Positions 60,593-64,000 of a DNA stretch of 64,000 bases are shown here, piece after piece (position 1 is the first letter of the stretch; the number at the start of each line of letters is the position of its first letter). Both the position numbers and the translations under genes were made by a program. Location of the stretch: assembly GCA_963719945.1 (NCBI GenBank), contig CAVRDX010000001.1, positions 608,001-672,000 of the forward strand. Direction: 5' to 3'. The stretch comes from an uncultured Thermoplasmata archaeon (GTDB lineage Archaea; Thermoplasmatota; Thermoplasmata; UBA10834). The notes beneath the pieces are model-generated. The model saw only the letters and a program-made list of their open reading frames with translations, was not told the DNA's origin and ran no database searches.

Positions 60593-61492
60593 ATGGCATC
60601 CATCATAGAGTGCGTCCCGAACTTCAGCGAAGGGCGCAGGAAGAGAGTTGTTGACAACATAGTCCATTCGATTCGATCCGTCCCAGGGACCAAGGTCCTC
60701 GATGTGGAGATGGACGCTGACCACAATAGGAGCGTGGTCACTTTCACGGGCAACAAGGAGAGCATCCAGGAGAGTTCCTTCAGAGCAGCCAGGGCCGCCT
60801 CCGAACATATAGATCTTACAAAGCACACGGGAGAGCACCCGAGGATGGGAGCATTGGACGTGCTCCCTTTCGTTCCGATCTCAGGAGTAACCATCGAGGA
60901 CTGCGTTGAGATCGCGAATATTGTGGGCGCGCGTATCGGCAAAGACTTGCAGATACCGGTATATATGTACGAAGCGGCAGCCAGACGTCCTGAAAGAACC
61001 AACCTAGAGAATGTCAGAAGAGGGCAGTTCGAGGGTCTTAGGGAAGCCATACTCACAGACGATTCGAAGTATCCGGATTATGGTCCAAGAAAGGTGCATC
61101 CGACCGCAGGTGCGACTGCAGTAGGCGCGCGCATGCCCCTCATAGCATTCAATGTGAACCTCAAGACAGAGGACATAGAAATCGCGAAAGCCATCGCGAA
61201 GAAGATCAGGGCAAGCAGCGGGGGTATGCCACATGTCAAAGCACTCGGGTTCATGCTCAAGGAGAAGAGGATGGCGCAGGTATCCATGAATCTAACAGAC
61301 TACACAGTCACTCCAATTTCAAAAGTCTTCATGGAAGTCAAGAAGGAAGCTGAGGCGCATGGAATCGAGGTAGCGGAGAGCGAGATAATCGGTCTGATAC
61401 CGCTCGATGCAGTCTGCGACCTCGCTGCCAGGTTCCTGAAGATAGGCAATTTTGCCAGCAACCAGGTTCTTGAAAGGAGGATCTGGGGTTGA
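60593..61492 (+). CDS. Glutamate formimidoyltransferase (FTCD N-terminal half)
   Basis: IECVPNFSEGR, DHNRSV, HTGEHPRMGALDV, HPTAGA, QVSMNL. Confidence 0.94.
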   Translation: MASIIECVPNFSEGRRKRVVDNIVHSIRSVPGTKVLDVEMDADHNRSVVTFTGNKESIQESSFRAARAASEHIDLTKHTGEHPRMGALDVLPFVPISGVTIEDCVEIANIVGARIGKDLQIPVYMYEAAARRPERTNLENVRRGQFEGLREAILTDDSKYPDYGPRKVHPTAGATAVGARMPLIAFNVNLKTEDIEIAKAIAKKIRASSGGMPHVKALGFMLKEKRMAQVSMNLTDYTVTPISKVFMEVKKEAEAHGIEVAESEIIGLIPLDAVCDLAARFLKIGNFASNQVLERRIWG

Positions 61493-62112
61493 ACACTCTG
61501 GAAGAATTGAGGGCGTTCTGCAAAGACCTCTCCTCAGACCTGCCAGCACCAGGTGGTGGCACCGCATCCGCCGCAGCGGGATGCATGAGCGCCTCGCTGC
61601 TAGCCATGGTCTGCGGTATCAGTCTCAAGAACCGAAAGCTCGAGGACCACTGGTCAGCGCTCCTGAATGAGAAGGCAAAGGCTGAAGTCCTCAGAGACAA
61701 GCTCTTGGAACTCTGCGTAAAGGACTCTGCTGCATATTCTGAACTGGCGGTTGCTTTCAAGCGAGCCAGGGAGATGAAGGAGGACAAGGAGGCCTCATCG
61801 GCCCGCGAAACTGCCCTAAGAAATGCCGCGGACATACCCCTGGAAACCGCAAGGACCTGCCTCCAACTCCTTACGATGTCGAAGATGGTCGCTCAGATAG
61901 GGACCAGGAATGCATCCTCAGATGTCGAGGTCGCGATAGAACTCGCGGAGGCGGGTCTGAGAGGTGCTGCTGCCAATGTGCGAATCAACCTGGCATCATG
62001 TGAGGATGCGGAGTACAAGTCTCGGAGAGAAGCCGAGATCTCGTCGCTTCTGAGAGTAGCAGAGGACATGCGTGAGAGCGCTCTCAAGAAGCTTCGGCCT
62101 CAAAGTCTTTAA
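61489..62112 (+). CDS. Formiminotetrahydrofolate cyclodeaminase (FTCD C-terminal half)
   Basis: PAPGGGTASA, NASSD, NVRINL; overlaps the upstream stop. Confidence 0.9.
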   Translation: MNTLEELRAFCKDLSSDLPAPGGGTASAAAGCMSASLLAMVCGISLKNRKLEDHWSALLNEKAKAEVLRDKLLELCVKDSAAYSELAVAFKRAREMKEDKEASSARETALRNAADIPLETARTCLQLLTMSKMVAQIGTRNASSDVEVAIELAEAGLRGAAANVRINLASCEDAEYKSRREAEISSLLRVAEDMRESALKKLRPQSL

Positions 62113-62260
62113 GCTTACTGGCCCGGAAAATCCACATGAACGTATCATTATTGATAGAGGCAGCGATACCTTTAAGACCGTTAAATAAAATGGGAACATG
62201 TAATATATGCTGTGCCAGCAGAGCCCCCTTTCACGCTAGGTACGAGGAGCCCGGTTCATC

Positions 62261-64000
62261 TTGGCAGGTAACTATCTTAAGAGTCTCCAGCTAGCAAAGC
62301 AACTGGAGGAACGAGCAAAGGAGGCGACCCGAAATCGTGAGCGGGCGGAAAAGGATTTCGAGAAGCTTCAATCATTCTTAGAACTCTGTCAGGAGAACGA
62401 CGCGGACCTAACAGAGGCCAAGAAGATATTGGCCGAGTACAATGCTGCAATGGGCTCCAAGGACTACGAATCAGCACTCGGATACATACAGAAGGCGACC
62501 GAGGAGACCAAAACGGCTTTTGTCAGACGGATAGGTGAAGTTGCTGATTCAGCGGAATCGCTTGTCACCGTTGGCCAGATACCGGTTTCCGAAGCAAAAG
62601 GCGCTCTGGAGATGCTCGAGGAGAGCAAGAAGTTCGTGATGAAGGACGACCTTGAAAACGCCATGAAGAACGCAAAGAGCGCATATGATGCAGCTGAACG
62701 GTCCCTACATGAGCATTTCTCAGGATTACTATCACAAGCACAGGAGATCATAATCCAATCCAAAGAGATGGGCGACGATGTCAGCCTGTTCGAAGACCTT
62801 CTCGCCCGGGCGAAGAACGCTCTCGAGAAACAGGATTACGAACAGGGATTGACGAACGTCCGCGAAGCGCTTGAAGGAGCTGGAGACAGCATCAAAGCAC
62901 AGATCAACGCGACGATATCGAGGGCAGAGGAGCTGGTGACTGCTGGAGAGGAACTGAAGGCGGACATGTCCAGAGTCACCAACCACATAGAGAAGTCTAA
63001 AACCACCCTGGAATCGTTGCGATTCAAAGATTCACTATCATACGCCAAGAGGGCAGAGTCCGAGGGCGAGAACGCGATCAGCGCCAAGTTCCAGGATATC
63101 ATCAAAGAAGTCAGGGAAGGCATCAAGACGCTCAAAAGTGCAGACGAGGACGTCGATGTCCCTCAGGACCTCCTCGACCAGGCTCATATTGCGATGAAGG
63201 ACAAGAAGTACATCGAGGCACTGAATGCCTTGAACTCGGCCAACGAAAAGGTCAGGGAGATGCAGTTCAAGTCAGTCCTCGATGTCATTGCCAAGGCCAA
63301 GGACCGATTCGTGCTCGCAAAGAAGATCGGCGTGGACATGAGCAAACCGTTCACGCTCCTCAATGAAGCCAGGGACAATCTTAGGCGGGGCAAATTCGAG
63401 GATGCCATAAAATACGCGGAGCAGAGCCAGCATGAGATCGACACCGCCCTCAAGGTATTCACCAGCGCGAGAGACGAATTGGTCGAGCTCGCCAAGGAGA
63501 TCAAATTCGCAGACGATATCGGTTCGGAAGTCCTGTCAGTCAAGGAGATCCTCGCCGAGACCAAGAAATCATTCGAATCAAGAGACTTTGACAAGACACT
63601 GGAACTCGCCAAACAAGGCTTGACCGAAGCCAGGAAGGCAGCTTACGATAGGACTCTGGACACGATCGATAAGACGGACAAGACAGTCAAGCTGGGAAAG
63701 CAGATAGGTGCAGATATCACGGAAGCCGAGGGGTTGCTCCAGAGAGCATTGTCATCCATGGCCAATGAGGAAATTCCAGAGAGCGTTAGGCTCTCCAACT
63801 TGAGCATAGAAGCGGCGAACGCTGCAATCACAAGGGTGTTGAGTGACAGGTTGCACAACATCGATGAATTTGTCAAGAGCTTCTCTAACGGTGAAGCGGT
63901 TGCGGAAGTCGCCGAATCGATTTCCAATGCACGCCTGAGGCTCTCGGAACAGTCATTCGAAAAATCATACGAGTTCCTCAAAGATGCCCAGCAGAAGATA
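62261..64000 (+). CDS. Large alpha-helical repeat protein, N-terminal 580 aa, runs off the window (not in ORF track)
   Basis: SD GAGGAG, TTG start (MAGNYLKSLQLAKQLEE..); frame confirmed at spot-checked positions through to the window end; about 62-aa periodicity. Confidence 0.88.
   Translation, partial: MAGNYLKSLQLAKQLEERAKEATRNRERAEKDFEKLQSFLELCQENDADLTEAKKILAEYNAAMGSKDYESALGYIQKATEETKTAFVRRIGEVADSAESLVTVGQIPVSEAKGALEMLEESKKFVMKDDLENAMKNAKSAYDAAERSLHEHFSGLLSQAQEIIIQSKEMGDDVSLFEDLLARAKNALEKQDYEQGLTNVREALEGAGDSIKAQINATISRAEELVTAGEELKADMSRVTNHIEKSKTTLESLRFKDSLSYAKRAESEGENAISAKFQDIIKEVREGIKTLKSADEDVDVPQDLLDQAHIAMKDKKYIEALNALNSANEKVREMQFKSVLDVIAKAKDRFVLAKKIGVDMSKPFTLLNEARDNLRRGKFEDAIKYAEQSQHEIDTALKVFTSARDELVELAKEIKFADDIGSEVLSVKEILAETKKSFESRDFDKTLELAKQGLTEARKAAYDRTLDTIDKTDKTVKLGKQIGADITEAEGLLQRALSSMANEEIPESVRLSNLSIEAANAAITRVLSDRLHNIDEFVKSFSNGEAVAEVAESISNARLRLSEQSFEKSYEFLKDAQQKI

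Noticed and set aside
62277-63981. Series of minus-strand ORFs at the window end
   Set aside because: Antisense shadows of the open + strand repeat gene starting at 62261
1-64000. CRISPR array, IS elements, rRNA, or a defence island around the HD, GIY-YIG and YprB nucleases
   Set aside because: No repeat-spacer arrays, transposases or rRNA-like segments seen; the nucleases are dispersed, commonly chromosomal archaeal families

Overview
Gene-dense archaeal chromosomal segment. Archaeal markers include egsA, membrane-anchored LonB, Hel308/Hjm, KEOPS Cgi121, archaeal SepF, RecJ/GAN, RtcB and PEF-CTERM-like sorting tails. The gene mix suggests an anaerobic, probably peptide-fermenting Thermoplasmatota lineage (inference, no database search). 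Contents: an ADP-forming acyl-CoA synthetase alpha gene divergent from a CBS-CBS-HdrA-(MvhD/HdrD fusion) operon; a Rab-like small GTPase; housekeeping, repair and transport genes; tRNA-His(GUG); a cluster of poly-zinc-ribbon genes including a 1164-aa doubly anchored surface protein; three KaiC-like ATPases; a degenerate two-component cluster; an intein-containing class II ribonucleotide reductase with a multi-hairpin leader; NAD-salvage genes; split FTCD; and the start of a large helical-repeat protein. Manual reading found six CDS missing from the ORF track: a DUF5679-like Zn microprotein (1784-1924), two Lys-rich micro-ORFs in a structured transcript (12099-12328), a 48-aa two-helix membrane peptide (20607-20753), a stand-alone mimic of the NrdJ C-terminal Zn finger (23226-23357) and the open-ended repeat protein (62261-end). 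No CRISPR array, rRNA, IS or integrase was seen. Best candidates for undescribed systems: the structured Lys-micropeptide locus, the Zn-ribbon/surface-protein cluster and the non-canonical HdrA module.
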